From Atopostipes sp. (lineage in GTDB: Bacteria; Bacillota; Bacilli; Lactobacillales; Carnobacteriaceae_A): a DNA stretch of 32,621 bases. The stretch is from NCBI GenBank assembly GCA_036752205.1, contig DAIOTD010000004.1:1-32621 (forward strand), given 5' to 3'. This document shows, piece by piece, positions 20,038 through 28,070 of this stretch. The translations under genes and the position numbers were made by a program. The notes beneath the pieces are model-generated. The model searched no databases and was not told where the DNA came from. It saw only the letters and a program-made list of their open reading frames with translations. Position 1 is the stretch's first letter, and each line of letters starts with the position of its first letter.

Positions 20038-21507
20038 TTATTTTCGATTGATAATTTCTTTTGCAGTATTAATCCCTGAAAGGACCACCATCGGCATTCC
20101 TCCACCGGGATTTACACTACCTCCTACAAAATACAAATTATCAAATTCAGTACTTTGTTTTGGTATCTTTAATCCTAAGTTTTTATTGCGATCCGATACG
20201 ACTCCATAAATCGAACCCTTATTTGAGTAGTACATTTCTTGAATGTCAAATGGGGTTAAGATTTCTTCAAAAATAATGTTTTCTCTTAAATCCGTTAAGC
20301 CCATCTTCTCAAGTTTTGTATACACGACCTCTTTCAGATGATCATAATCTTCTGGAGTAATCTCATCTGTAATATAAGGGATATGCGGTAATATTTTCAA
20401 ATTATCGTACCCTTCAGGTGCTTGGCTCGCATCCGTTCGAGTTGGTGCCACCACGTATAACGTCGGATCAGATGGCATTTTCTTTTTATTAAAAATACTG
20501 TCAAAATGTTCTTCTGGATTTTTAGAGAAGAAGAAATTATGGTGAGCTAATTGGCTATATTCTTTTTTCAAAGCTAAATGAATCACTAATCCTGAACAAG
20601 CCGGTTCAAACTTATCAAATTCTTTCATAAAGTCATCATCCATATCCAACAATTTTTCATACGCTGGAATAACTTCCATATTTGAAATAATAATATCTGC
20701 TTCAACAAAAGTACCGTCTGCTAATTCAATTGCATCCACTTTCTCTTTATTTTTGACAATTTTCTTTACTTCCGTATTTAGATGAATCGTTACACCTAAT
20801 TCTTCAAGAAGTTTTCTCAAGCCATTTGCTAAATTATACATCCCACCATCCACGTACCAAAGCCCAAATTCATATTGTATGTATGGCAATAAGTTTAATA
20901 AGGCCGGTGCATTATAAGGCGAAGATCCAACATATTTGATAAAGAAATTCATAATATCAACTAAGTAAGGATTATCAATGTATTTTCGAACCTTGGTATC
21001 CATCGTTGCTAATGCATCAAAATCTTTTAGTAAACTCATCGGTCCATAAAATTTCAAGTTGTCCTTTACCGTATCTAACCCTTCAGAAAAGTAGCCTTTT
21101 TCTGTGAAATCGTAAAGTTTTTTTGAATAGGATAAAAACTCTTCTAGTTGTCTCTTATCTTCTAGACTAACATCCGTCACACGAAAGTTGTTTTTCTCAT
21201 CAAAAGGCACAAGGTCAATTACTTTTCCATCTTCAAAGAAATTGCGCCAATGTGGATTAACAGGTATCAATGTAAAGTAATCCTCCATTTTTCGACCAGC
21301 TTTTTTAAATAACTCATCAAAAATATGAGGCATCGTTAAAATAGATGGTCCTAGGTCAAAACGAAAGCCATCTCGCTCAAGTAGATTAAGTTTTCCACCA
21401 ATTTGTGCATTCTTTTCATATAACTCCACTTCATACCCTTCTGCCGCTAAATAAACTGCTGCAGAAATTCCACCTAAACCAGAGCCAACCACTATTGCTT
21501 TTTCCAT
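20038..21507 (-). CDS. crtP: C30 carotenoid terminal oxidase CrtP/CrtNb (diapolycopene/diaponeurosporene oxygenase; CrtI-family flavoprotein)
   Basis: GSGLGG FAD motif, FDLGPSILTMP, TEKGYF, FIKYVGSS, SNMEVIP, QLAHHNFFF, LPHIPYI, KLEKMGLTDLR and FVGGSVNPGGGMPMV, segments I recognise from staphylococcal CrtP rather than CrtN or CrtI. Confidence 0.88.
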   Translation of the reverse strand: MEKAIVVGSGLGGISAAVYLAAEGYEVELYEKNAQIGGKLNLLERDGFRFDLGPSILTMPHIFDELFKKAGRKMEDYFTLIPVNPHWRNFFEDGKVIDLVPFDEKNNFRVTDVSLEDKRQLEEFLSYSKKLYDFTEKGYFSEGLDTVKDNLKFYGPMSLLKDFDALATMDTKVRKYIDNPYLVDIMNFFIKYVGSSPYNAPALLNLLPYIQYEFGLWYVDGGMYNLANGLRKLLEELGVTIHLNTEVKKIVKNKEKVDAIELADGTFVEADIIISNMEVIPAYEKLLDMDDDFMKEFDKFEPACSGLVIHLALKKEYSQLAHHNFFFSKNPEEHFDSIFNKKKMPSDPTLYVVAPTRTDASQAPEGYDNLKILPHIPYITDEITPEDYDHLKEVVYTKLEKMGLTDLRENIIFEEILTPFDIQEMYYSNKGSIYGVVSDRNKNLGLKIPKQSTEFDNLYFVGGSVNPGGGMPMVVLSGINTAKEIINRK

Positions 21508-21519
21508 CCTTATCCCTCT

Positions 21520-22080
21520 TTACTTTACTTGTATTTTTTGTTGTACAAATGGCACGAATTTATAACGTTCATTCTTCCATCGAACATAGCGTGCGCCTAA
21601 AACTTCTTCCATAAATCTTTCTTCTTCCAGAATCCGACGATTCAGCATATTATACATTAAGAGGATAGCCAGTAAAAAAACAGCTATATTTCCTACGAAT
21701 AATGGTACGGCTATCGTCAAAAGAAATAATCCAGTATATAGCGGATGCCGCATATATCTATATGGACCATTGCTAATCAGTTCTTGATTCTTTGAAACTT
21801 CTACATCTCTTGAAAAATTTTGGCCTAATAAGATAGATGACCAATAACGTAAAATGATACCAATTGAATACATAACGAGTGCAGTGGCTTGAAGATAAAC
21901 ACTTTTTATTAATAAGAAATCAAACCAAAACATTAACGCATTTGTTGTTAATATAAATAATATCGTTATTAAAATTGCTCGAAACGTTTTTTCTTTAGAA
22001 CGCTCTTCTTTTTTCGAAGAAGGAAAGAAGATGAACTCACCTATCCAAAACAGCGTGATAATGATAAAAAGTACTGTCAT
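21520..22080 (-). CDS. Isoprenylcysteine carboxyl methyltransferase (ICMT/PEMT) family membrane methyltransferase
   Basis: Multi-TM protein with LGQNFS, QELISNGPYRYMRHPLYTG, RILEEERFM and Y..W....YKFVP signature motifs. Confidence 0.88.
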   Translation of the reverse strand: MTVLFIIITLFWIGEFIFFPSSKKEERSKEKTFRAILITILFILTTNALMFWFDFLLIKSVYLQATALVMYSIGIILRYWSSILLGQNFSRDVEVSKNQELISNGPYRYMRHPLYTGLFLLTIAVPLFVGNIAVFLLAILLMYNMLNRRILEEERFMEEVLGARYVRWKNERYKFVPFVQQKIQVK

Positions 22081-22093
22081 TTGTAATCCTCAC

Positions 22094-23464
22094 TTACTTC
22101 ATTATTTTTTTCAATAAACTTAATTTGCCTTTATATGGTGGATACATTATTTTTATGTCGAATAATGTTGATTTTTTCATGATTGATTTCTTATTTGAAA
22201 ATGTCATAAAACTCTCTTTTCCATGATAACTTCCCATTCCAGAGTTTCTAACTCCACCAAATGGCAAGCGCGGCGAAGTCACCTGAGAAATTGTATCGTT
22301 GATACATCCTCCACCAAAGGGTATACATTGAATAACCTCTTGTTGAATTTTTCGACTCTCTGAGAACAAATAGAAAGCGAGCGGACTTGGTTTCTCTTTA
22401 ATAACTGAAAGAGTTTCATCTAAACTTGCATAGGTAAGAACTGGTAAAATAGGACCAAATATTTCTTCTTGCATGACCGCATCTGTCCAGTCGACTTCTG
22501 TTAAAACAGTTGGTGCTATTTTCAATCGTTCACGATCGTATTCTCCACCATAGAAAAGTTTCTTTTCGTCTATTAAACCAACTAATCGATTAAATGATTC
22601 TTCATCAATGATTCGTCCGAAATCAGGACTCGTTAAAGGTTTCTCTCCATAGAATGAAAGAATAGTTGCTTTTAAAGCTTCCAGAAATTCATTTTTAATA
22701 CTTTGGTGAACATATACATAATCTGGAGCGATACACGTTTGACCAGTATTATAAAACTTGCCCCAAGCAATTCTTGCTGCAGCTTTTTTGATATCTGCAT
22801 CCGCATGGACAATTGTGGGACTTTTACCACCTAACTCTAAGGTAACTGGAATCAGTTGCTTAGAGGCGGCTTCCATAACCACTCTTCCTACCTTCTCACT
22901 TCCGGTAAAGAATATATGATGAACCTTGGAATGAATGAGTTCAGTCACCACTTCCTCACCCCCAAAAATTACATCAACATATTCGGGAGCAAATACTTCT
23001 GATATAATAGTTTGCAGTATTTGATTCGTATAAGGCGTTTTTTCTGAAGGCTTTAATAGGCATGTATTCCCTGCAGCTATTGCACCAATTAGTGGTTCCA
23101 AAACTAATTGAAGTGGATAGTTAAATGGACCAATAATGAGAACAACACCAAGAGGCTCATAATAAATACGACTTTTTGAAATTGGCATAAATAAAGGGGA
23201 GACTTTCCGTATTGGTTTTGCCCATTTTTTAAGATTCTTTATAAAGTGATGAATACTTTCTAATAGGTATCCCACCTCTGAACTATATGCCTCAAAATTT
23301 GCCTTACCCAAATCTAAAGCTAAGGCTTCAAGAATAGCTTGTTGGCTTCTTTGAATTTCATCTCGTAATCTTTTTAAATGTCTGATTCGATAGTTAATAT
23401 CTTTCGTTTGCTGACTGTCGAAAAACACATTTTGACGAGAAACTTTTTCTTGAATCACGGTCAT
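22094..23464 (-). CDS. aldH: Aldehyde dehydrogenase (ALDH3-like), AldH-type 4,4'-diapocarotenoid aldehyde dehydrogenase
   Basis: PFNYP, KPSE, FTGS, LELGGKSP (Glu), GQTCIAPDY (Cys), EEIFGP and YPPYKGK; the N-terminal FFDSQQTKDI resembles staphylococcal AldH; same operon as crtP. True start may be GTG 23458 given RBS spacing. Confidence 0.82.
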   Translation of the reverse strand: MTVIQEKVSRQNVFFDSQQTKDINYRIRHLKRLRDEIQRSQQAILEALALDLGKANFEAYSSEVGYLLESIHHFIKNLKKWAKPIRKVSPLFMPISKSRIYYEPLGVVLIIGPFNYPLQLVLEPLIGAIAAGNTCLLKPSEKTPYTNQILQTIISEVFAPEYVDVIFGGEEVVTELIHSKVHHIFFTGSEKVGRVVMEAASKQLIPVTLELGGKSPTIVHADADIKKAAARIAWGKFYNTGQTCIAPDYVYVHQSIKNEFLEALKATILSFYGEKPLTSPDFGRIIDEESFNRLVGLIDEKKLFYGGEYDRERLKIAPTVLTEVDWTDAVMQEEIFGPILPVLTYASLDETLSVIKEKPSPLAFYLFSESRKIQQEVIQCIPFGGGCINDTISQVTSPRLPFGGVRNSGMGSYHGKESFMTFSNKKSIMKKSTLFDIKIMYPPYKGKLSLLKKIMK

Positions 23465-23730
23465 GCTCCTTTATTCTGAATAAGCGTTGAATTTCCTTGG
23501 AATCTAAATCATTTACGAGATAAACAATGCTGTCTAATTAAAGTGATGTAATAGATGATCTTCAATTACCGATTATTATTTGTAACTCAGTATAAGGGAA
23601 TCCACGCTTTATAGCACGTTTTGCGTCTCTTTATTTTTATATTAACTTGAGTATCCCTCGTCGCTTTATAGTCGATAACGAATCTTTCTACAATTGACTC
23701 TAATCTCACGAGACAGTGTGATTTGCGAAT

Positions 23731-23771
23731 AAAAAAACGAGGTGCCTCATCACTCTTAGAGGCTACCTCGT
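23731..23771 (-). terminator. Intrinsic terminator after the TM-helix-repeat gene
   Basis: Minus strand ACGAGGTAGCCTC...GAGGCACCTCGT-TTTTTT. Confidence 0.75.
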
Positions 23772-23802
23772 CTATATTATTAATTTTTTATATCATCTTG
23801 AC

Positions 23803-25074
23803 TTATAGTGACGGATCAGTCGGGTCAACATGAGTTGTTCCTGGTTTATTACTTTCTTCTTCAACTTTTTGATCTAATTTTTCTAATTGTTTAGCCGCAA
23901 AGTCGCGTCCACCTAAACCAAATGCTAGAGCGAATGCCACAGATAATCCACCGATTACAAAGATGAATGCCGCATTAACAATTGTCGTAGCAAAGTTTAA
24001 TTGGTCTAATACCATAAACAATGCAAAACCAATTAATACATATTGAACTAATCTTCCAGCCCACTTGCTACCAGTTGATTTTGAAATTAGCCCAGCTAAC
24101 CACTGACCACCAATAATACCTAATGCCAAGATAATAATGGCAAAGATCACATTTGGTAAGTATGCGATAATCGCTGCACCAATCGCGTTTAAGACAGCTA
24201 AGTTTAAAGCGTTTAATGCTTCAACAAAGAAGAATAAACCGATTAATCCTGTAACAATCTGTCCACTAATTTTAGCTAAGTCAAGGTTTTGCGTACCTTT
24301 AACATCTATACCTTTCGTTACATTGTTAATTCCTGTCCCACTTAATAAACTTGTTACTAAATCTCCAACAAATTTAGCAATGACGATACCAATACCTAGA
24401 AGCACAACTGCTACTAAGATATTTGGAATAGCTGCTAGAATAGTGTTCAGTACATTAACAATCGGTTCTGAAATTGAGCGGATACCTAATGTTTCTAATG
24501 CAATAACTAGAATCGGAATTAATACTAATACATAAGCAATATTTGCTAAAACATTTGCAATTGTATCTTTACGTTCTGTTGCAACGCCTGCTGATACATC
24601 TGAATGATCTTCTCGATTTGTAAATTTAGATACCCAACGATCTACATTTAAGGATAATGCTAAGTTATAAACTAAATTCTTAACAAATTTACCAAGCAAT
24701 GTAGCAATAACGACTAATACGATTGCACCAATAATATTTGGTAAATAAGCTAATCCTGTATTCACCATATTTTGAATCGGTTGATAAACTGAAGTTAAAC
24801 CGAAAGTTTCAAAAATTCCAGGTAAGAATAAAATCCAAACTAAATAATATAGGACTTTTGCTAATATCTCAATTGAACTCCTACCCTGTTCTGGTGTACT
24901 CACTGCACCCCACTCTGATAATTTGTTGTCTAAGTTCACTGCTTCTAATCCTGCTTCGACGGCTTTCTTTACTAGTGTTGCTACAACCCAAGCTACAAGA
25001 ACTAATAAAATTCCTGTAATTAGATTCGGTAGCATTCTAGACATCGAATGCCATACTTGTTCTAATTGTTCCAT
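23803..25074 (-). CDS. TM-helix repeat membrane protein (CmpX-like, usually annotated as a mechanosensitive ion channel protein)
   Basis: Four internal repeats starting LPNLITG / LPNIIGA / IPNILVA / LPNVIFA and C-terminal AFALAFGLGGRDFA; RBS AAGGAG. Confidence 0.82.
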   Translation of the reverse strand: MEQLEQVWHSMSRMLPNLITGILLVLVAWVVATLVKKAVEAGLEAVNLDNKLSEWGAVSTPEQGRSSIEILAKVLYYLVWILFLPGIFETFGLTSVYQPIQNMVNTGLAYLPNIIGAIVLVVIATLLGKFVKNLVYNLALSLNVDRWVSKFTNREDHSDVSAGVATERKDTIANVLANIAYVLVLIPILVIALETLGIRSISEPIVNVLNTILAAIPNILVAVVLLGIGIVIAKFVGDLVTSLLSGTGINNVTKGIDVKGTQNLDLAKISGQIVTGLIGLFFFVEALNALNLAVLNAIGAAIIAYLPNVIFAIIILALGIIGGQWLAGLISKSTGSKWAGRLVQYVLIGFALFMVLDQLNFATTIVNAAFIFVIGGLSVAFALAFGLGGRDFAAKQLEKLDQKVEEESNKPGTTHVDPTDPSL

Positions 25075-25188
25075 TCCTATTCACTCCTTCAAAGTTTTTT
25101 CTATCTTTCTACTAAAATTAGTATAAGAATAAATAAATTTCTTTTAAAGGAAAAAGCCTTGAGCTATGTAATTTTGTTCCTAAAAAGC

Positions 25189-25218
25189 AAAAAAACGCAG
25201 ACAGGTCATTGTCTACGC
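25189..25218 (-). terminator. Intrinsic terminator ending the candidate RNA
   Basis: Minus strand GCGTAGACA-ATGACC-TGTCTGCGT-TTTTTT. Confidence 0.8.
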
Positions 25219-25361
25219 TTGCTGGCAATCTATTCAATTAAATTGATTAGATAAGAGCAGTGTTCACATCCACTCACTCTTCATCACTATATTCTCATGC
25301 AGTGACGTGCAAATGACCTTCTGTAAAAGCTTGTTGCTCGGTCGGCTCATCGCATAAGCTT
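25189..25361 (-). ncRNA. Unassigned structured RNA (~170 nt): sRNA or attenuator-like element
   Basis: Bounded by a near-consensus promoter and an intrinsic terminator, contains four further hairpins, and has no ORF with an RBS. Confidence 0.6.
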
Positions 25362-25365
25362 TAAT

Positions 25366-25394
25366 AATATAACACGTCATCTAATCGAATGCAA
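25366..25394 (-). promoter_or_regulatory. SigA-type promoter with extended -10 driving the candidate RNA
   Basis: TTGCAT (25394-25389) - 17 bp - TATATT (25371-25366), preceded by TGn. Confidence 0.7.
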
Positions 25395-25504
25395 GCTTAT
25401 CTTTCCTTTCTCGGTAAAATGGTTGTCTATTGAATACAACTTATGAGCATGACATCATTTTAATCCATCACACACACCCATTTCACAAAGAAGAGATAGA
25501 AAAT

Positions 25505-25540
25505 AAAAAAGACGGCTACCTTCTATAAGAAAGGTAACCG
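25505..25540 (-). terminator. Intrinsic terminator of the met transporter operon
   Basis: Minus strand CGGTTACCTT...AAGGTAGCCG-TC-TTTTTT. Confidence 0.75.
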
Positions 25541-25571
25541 AAATTTTCTGACATGAGTGAATAACGAAAGA

Positions 25572-26426
25572 TTATTCTGTAGCTGGAATGACTGAACCGC
25601 CCCAAGTTTCTAGGATAAAGTCTTGTGTTTCTTCTGAACGTAACACTTCGACTAAGCGCAAGATTGCTGCGTTGTTTTCATCTTCTGTTTGAACAGCAAT
25701 GATGTTCGCATACGGTGATTCTAAATCTTCCACTGCAATTGAATCTTCGAGTGGATGTAAGTCATTATCTACGGCGAAGTTCGAGTTAATAAATATGAGG
25801 TCCCCTTCATCTTGCTCTAACAATGTTGGCAATAAAGCTGGGTCATATTCGTATTCAAACTGTAAGTTTAATGGGTTGTCTACGATATCATCAAATGATG
25901 CTGTCGTTAAGTCAACGCCTTCTTCAATTGTTACTAAGCCAGCTTCTTGTAATATAGCTAACACACGTCCGTGGTCCGGAACACTATTACTTGTAAGAAC
26001 TGTCGCATTTTCAGGAAGATCGTCTAAAGAGTCATGACGTTGTGAATAGCCAGCAATTGGTTCGATATGAATACCACCCAGATTGACAAAGTCATAGTCA
26101 TTTTCTGCTACTGCTTCCTCAAAAAATGGCACGTGCTGGAAATAGTTTGCATCGATATCGCCTTCAGATAAAGCAAGGTTTGGAATAACATAGTCTGTGT
26201 AACGCTCGATTTCTAAAATAATACCTTCTTCAGCTAGTGTCGGTGCAACAAAATCTAAAATCTCGGCATGAGGCACGTTAGATGCACCAATAGTAATCGT
26301 CGTTTCTTCTGCATCTGAACCTTGTGCTTCTCCGTCAACTTCTCCTGGCTCATCATTTCCACAAGCCGCTAGTAATAACCCTGTTCCTAATACAACTGTA
26401 CCTTTAATCCAATTTTTGAATGACAT
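25572..26426 (-). CDS. metQ: MetQ/NlpA family methionine ABC transporter substrate-binding lipoprotein (distal copy)
   Basis: Lipobox LAAC (Cys22), PHAEIL, DYVIPN, DANYFQH, HIEP and SPYANI. Confidence 0.93.
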   Translation of the reverse strand: MSFKNWIKGTVVLGTGLLLAACGNDEPGEVDGEAQGSDAEETTITIGASNVPHAEILDFVAPTLAEEGIILEIERYTDYVIPNLALSEGDIDANYFQHVPFFEEAVAENDYDFVNLGGIHIEPIAGYSQRHDSLDDLPENATVLTSNSVPDHGRVLAILQEAGLVTIEEGVDLTTASFDDIVDNPLNLQFEYEYDPALLPTLLEQDEGDLIFINSNFAVDNDLHPLEDSIAVEDLESPYANIIAVQTEDENNAAILRLVEVLRSEETQDFILETWGGSVIPATE

Positions 26427-26479
26427 AATTTTTCCCCCTAATATAATTATAAAAAAATTTATAAATGAATATTTTTAAA

Positions 26480-27334
26480 TTATTCTGTAACTGGCACAAC
26501 CGATCCATCCCATGTATCTAAGATGAATTTTTGCGTTTCTTCAGACTTTAAGATTTCAACGAGACGTAATAGCGCTGGGTTCTCTGCGTCTTCTGAACGA
26601 ACAGCCACGATATCTGCATACGGTGACGTATTGCTTTCAATTGCGATAGCATCATCTAAAGGTTTTAAACCATTATCGATCGCAAAGTTCGAGTTAATAA
26701 AGACGAGATCCCCTTCATCTTGCTCTAAAAGCGTTGGCATTAACGCTGGGTCATATTCGTATTCAAACTGAAGGTTCAATGGGTTTTCATCAATATCATC
26801 AAATGTCGCTGTCGTAATATCCACACCTTCTTTTACTGTAATGATGCCCCCTGTTTCTAAAACTTCCAAAACACGTCCATAGTCTGGTGTATTGCTACTG
26901 ACTAATACAGTCGCATTTTCTGGCAGATCGTCTAAGCTTTCGTGACGTTTTGAGTACGCTCCAATTGGTTCCAAATGAATATTTCCAGCGTTCACAAAAT
27001 CAAAATCATTTTCTGCAACTGCTGCATCAAAAAATGGAATATGTTGGAAATAGTTTGCGTCTATGTCTTTCTCATCCAACGCAAGGTTTGGAATAATATA
27101 GTCTGTATAACGCATAATTTCTAATGTAATGCCCTCTTCTTCAAGCGTTGGCGCTACAAACTCTAAGATTTCCGCATGTGGCACGTTTGAAGCACCAACG
27201 ACTAAGGTTGTTTCCTCTAACTCTGCACCTTCGACTTCGCCATCAACTTCCGACGGTTCATCATTTCCACAAGCCGCTAATAATAACCCTGTTGCTAATA
27301 CCGCAGTACCTTTAAACCAATTTTTGATTGACAT
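26480..27334 (-). CDS. metQ: MetQ/NlpA family methionine ABC transporter substrate-binding lipoprotein (proximal copy)
   Basis: Lipobox LAAC, PHAEIL, DANYFQH and HLEP. Start set at ATG 27334 (8 nt after AGGAGG). Confidence 0.93.
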   Translation of the reverse strand: MSIKNWFKGTAVLATGLLLAACGNDEPSEVDGEVEGAELEETTLVVGASNVPHAEILEFVAPTLEEEGITLEIMRYTDYIIPNLALDEKDIDANYFQHIPFFDAAVAENDFDFVNAGNIHLEPIGAYSKRHESLDDLPENATVLVSSNTPDYGRVLEVLETGGIITVKEGVDITTATFDDIDENPLNLQFEYEYDPALMPTLLEQDEGDLVFINSNFAIDNGLKPLDDAIAIESNTSPYADIVAVRSEDAENPALLRLVEILKSEETQKFILDTWDGSVVPVTE

Positions 27335-27365
27335 AATCATTTCCTCCTATTTTTTTCACTACTTT

Positions 27366-28070
27366 TTATCTCTTATCAATATTCTTAACTAGGATATCTC
27401 CTGTTATTTGAATAAAAAATACAATAATTAAAATTAACACTGTTGCAACTAAAGTAACCGTTGGCTTGCTTCGTTGGAAGCCTTCTAAGTAAGCTAGATT
27501 TCCAAGTCCGCCAGCTCCAATGACACCGGCCATCGCTGTATAACCGACCAATGAAATGGTTGTTGTCGTTATCCCTGCAACAATTGACGGTAAACTTTCT
27601 GGAATTAACACCTTATAAATAATTTCCCATTTACTTGCACCCATCGATTCCGCTGCTTCGATTACACCTTTGTCAATTTCCCTAAAGCCTGTTTCAATCA
27701 GTCGTCCATAAAATGGCGCTGCTGCAATCACAAGTGCTGGCAATCCAGCCGTTGGACCAGTAATACGTCCTACCAATTCTTTCGTCACTGGAATTAATAA
27801 CACGATCAAGATAATAAATGGAATGGATCGAAAAACGTTCACAAAGAATGCAACGACCCGGTTAACACTTTTAGAAAGGATATCTTCTTTGTTTCCAGTT
27901 TCAAAAAGCAAAAGCCCTAAAATTAAGCCTAGGAAGAATACAAAAATCACAGAAACAACAGTCATGTAAATCGTTTCACCCGCAGCATCCCAAACTCTTT
28001 CCCAGTTCACATCTGAGAACTCTGTATATTGTTCGATAATACTTTGTCCGATATAGAAATACTTAGACAT
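27366..28070 (-). CDS. metI: Methionine ABC transporter permease
   Basis: NVFRSIPFIILIV, EIDKGVIEAAESMGAS (EAA loop) and GYTAMAGVIGAGGLG. Confidence 0.95.
   Translation of the reverse strand: MSKYFYIGQSIIEQYTEFSDVNWERVWDAAGETIYMTVVSVIFVFFLGLILGLLLFETGNKEDILSKSVNRVVAFFVNVFRSIPFIILIVLLIPVTKELVGRITGPTAGLPALVIAAAPFYGRLIETGFREIDKGVIEAAESMGASKWEIIYKVLIPESLPSIVAGITTTTISLVGYTAMAGVIGAGGLGNLAYLEGFQRSKPTVTLVATVLILIIVFFIQITGDILVKNIDKR

Noticed and set aside
20038..21507. Calling the flavoprotein phytoene desaturase CrtI or CrtN
   Set aside because: Diagnostic segments match the CrtP/CrtNb oxidase subfamily, and it is paired with an aldehyde dehydrogenase rather than a synthase.
25189..25361. Assignment of the structured RNA to 6S RNA or to lysine, SAM, c-di-AMP, fluoride or other known riboswitches; also a 28-codon ORF (MSRPSNK...) inside it
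   Set aside because: It folds as several local hairpins rather than a 6S-like rod and lacks the conserved cores I know for those classes; the mini-ORF has no Shine-Dalgarno.
26427..26479. Possible internal promoter for the distal metQ (TATAAT at 26451-26446)
   Set aside because: Very AT-rich spacer with no credible -35 or TGn extension; such hexamers are expected by chance.
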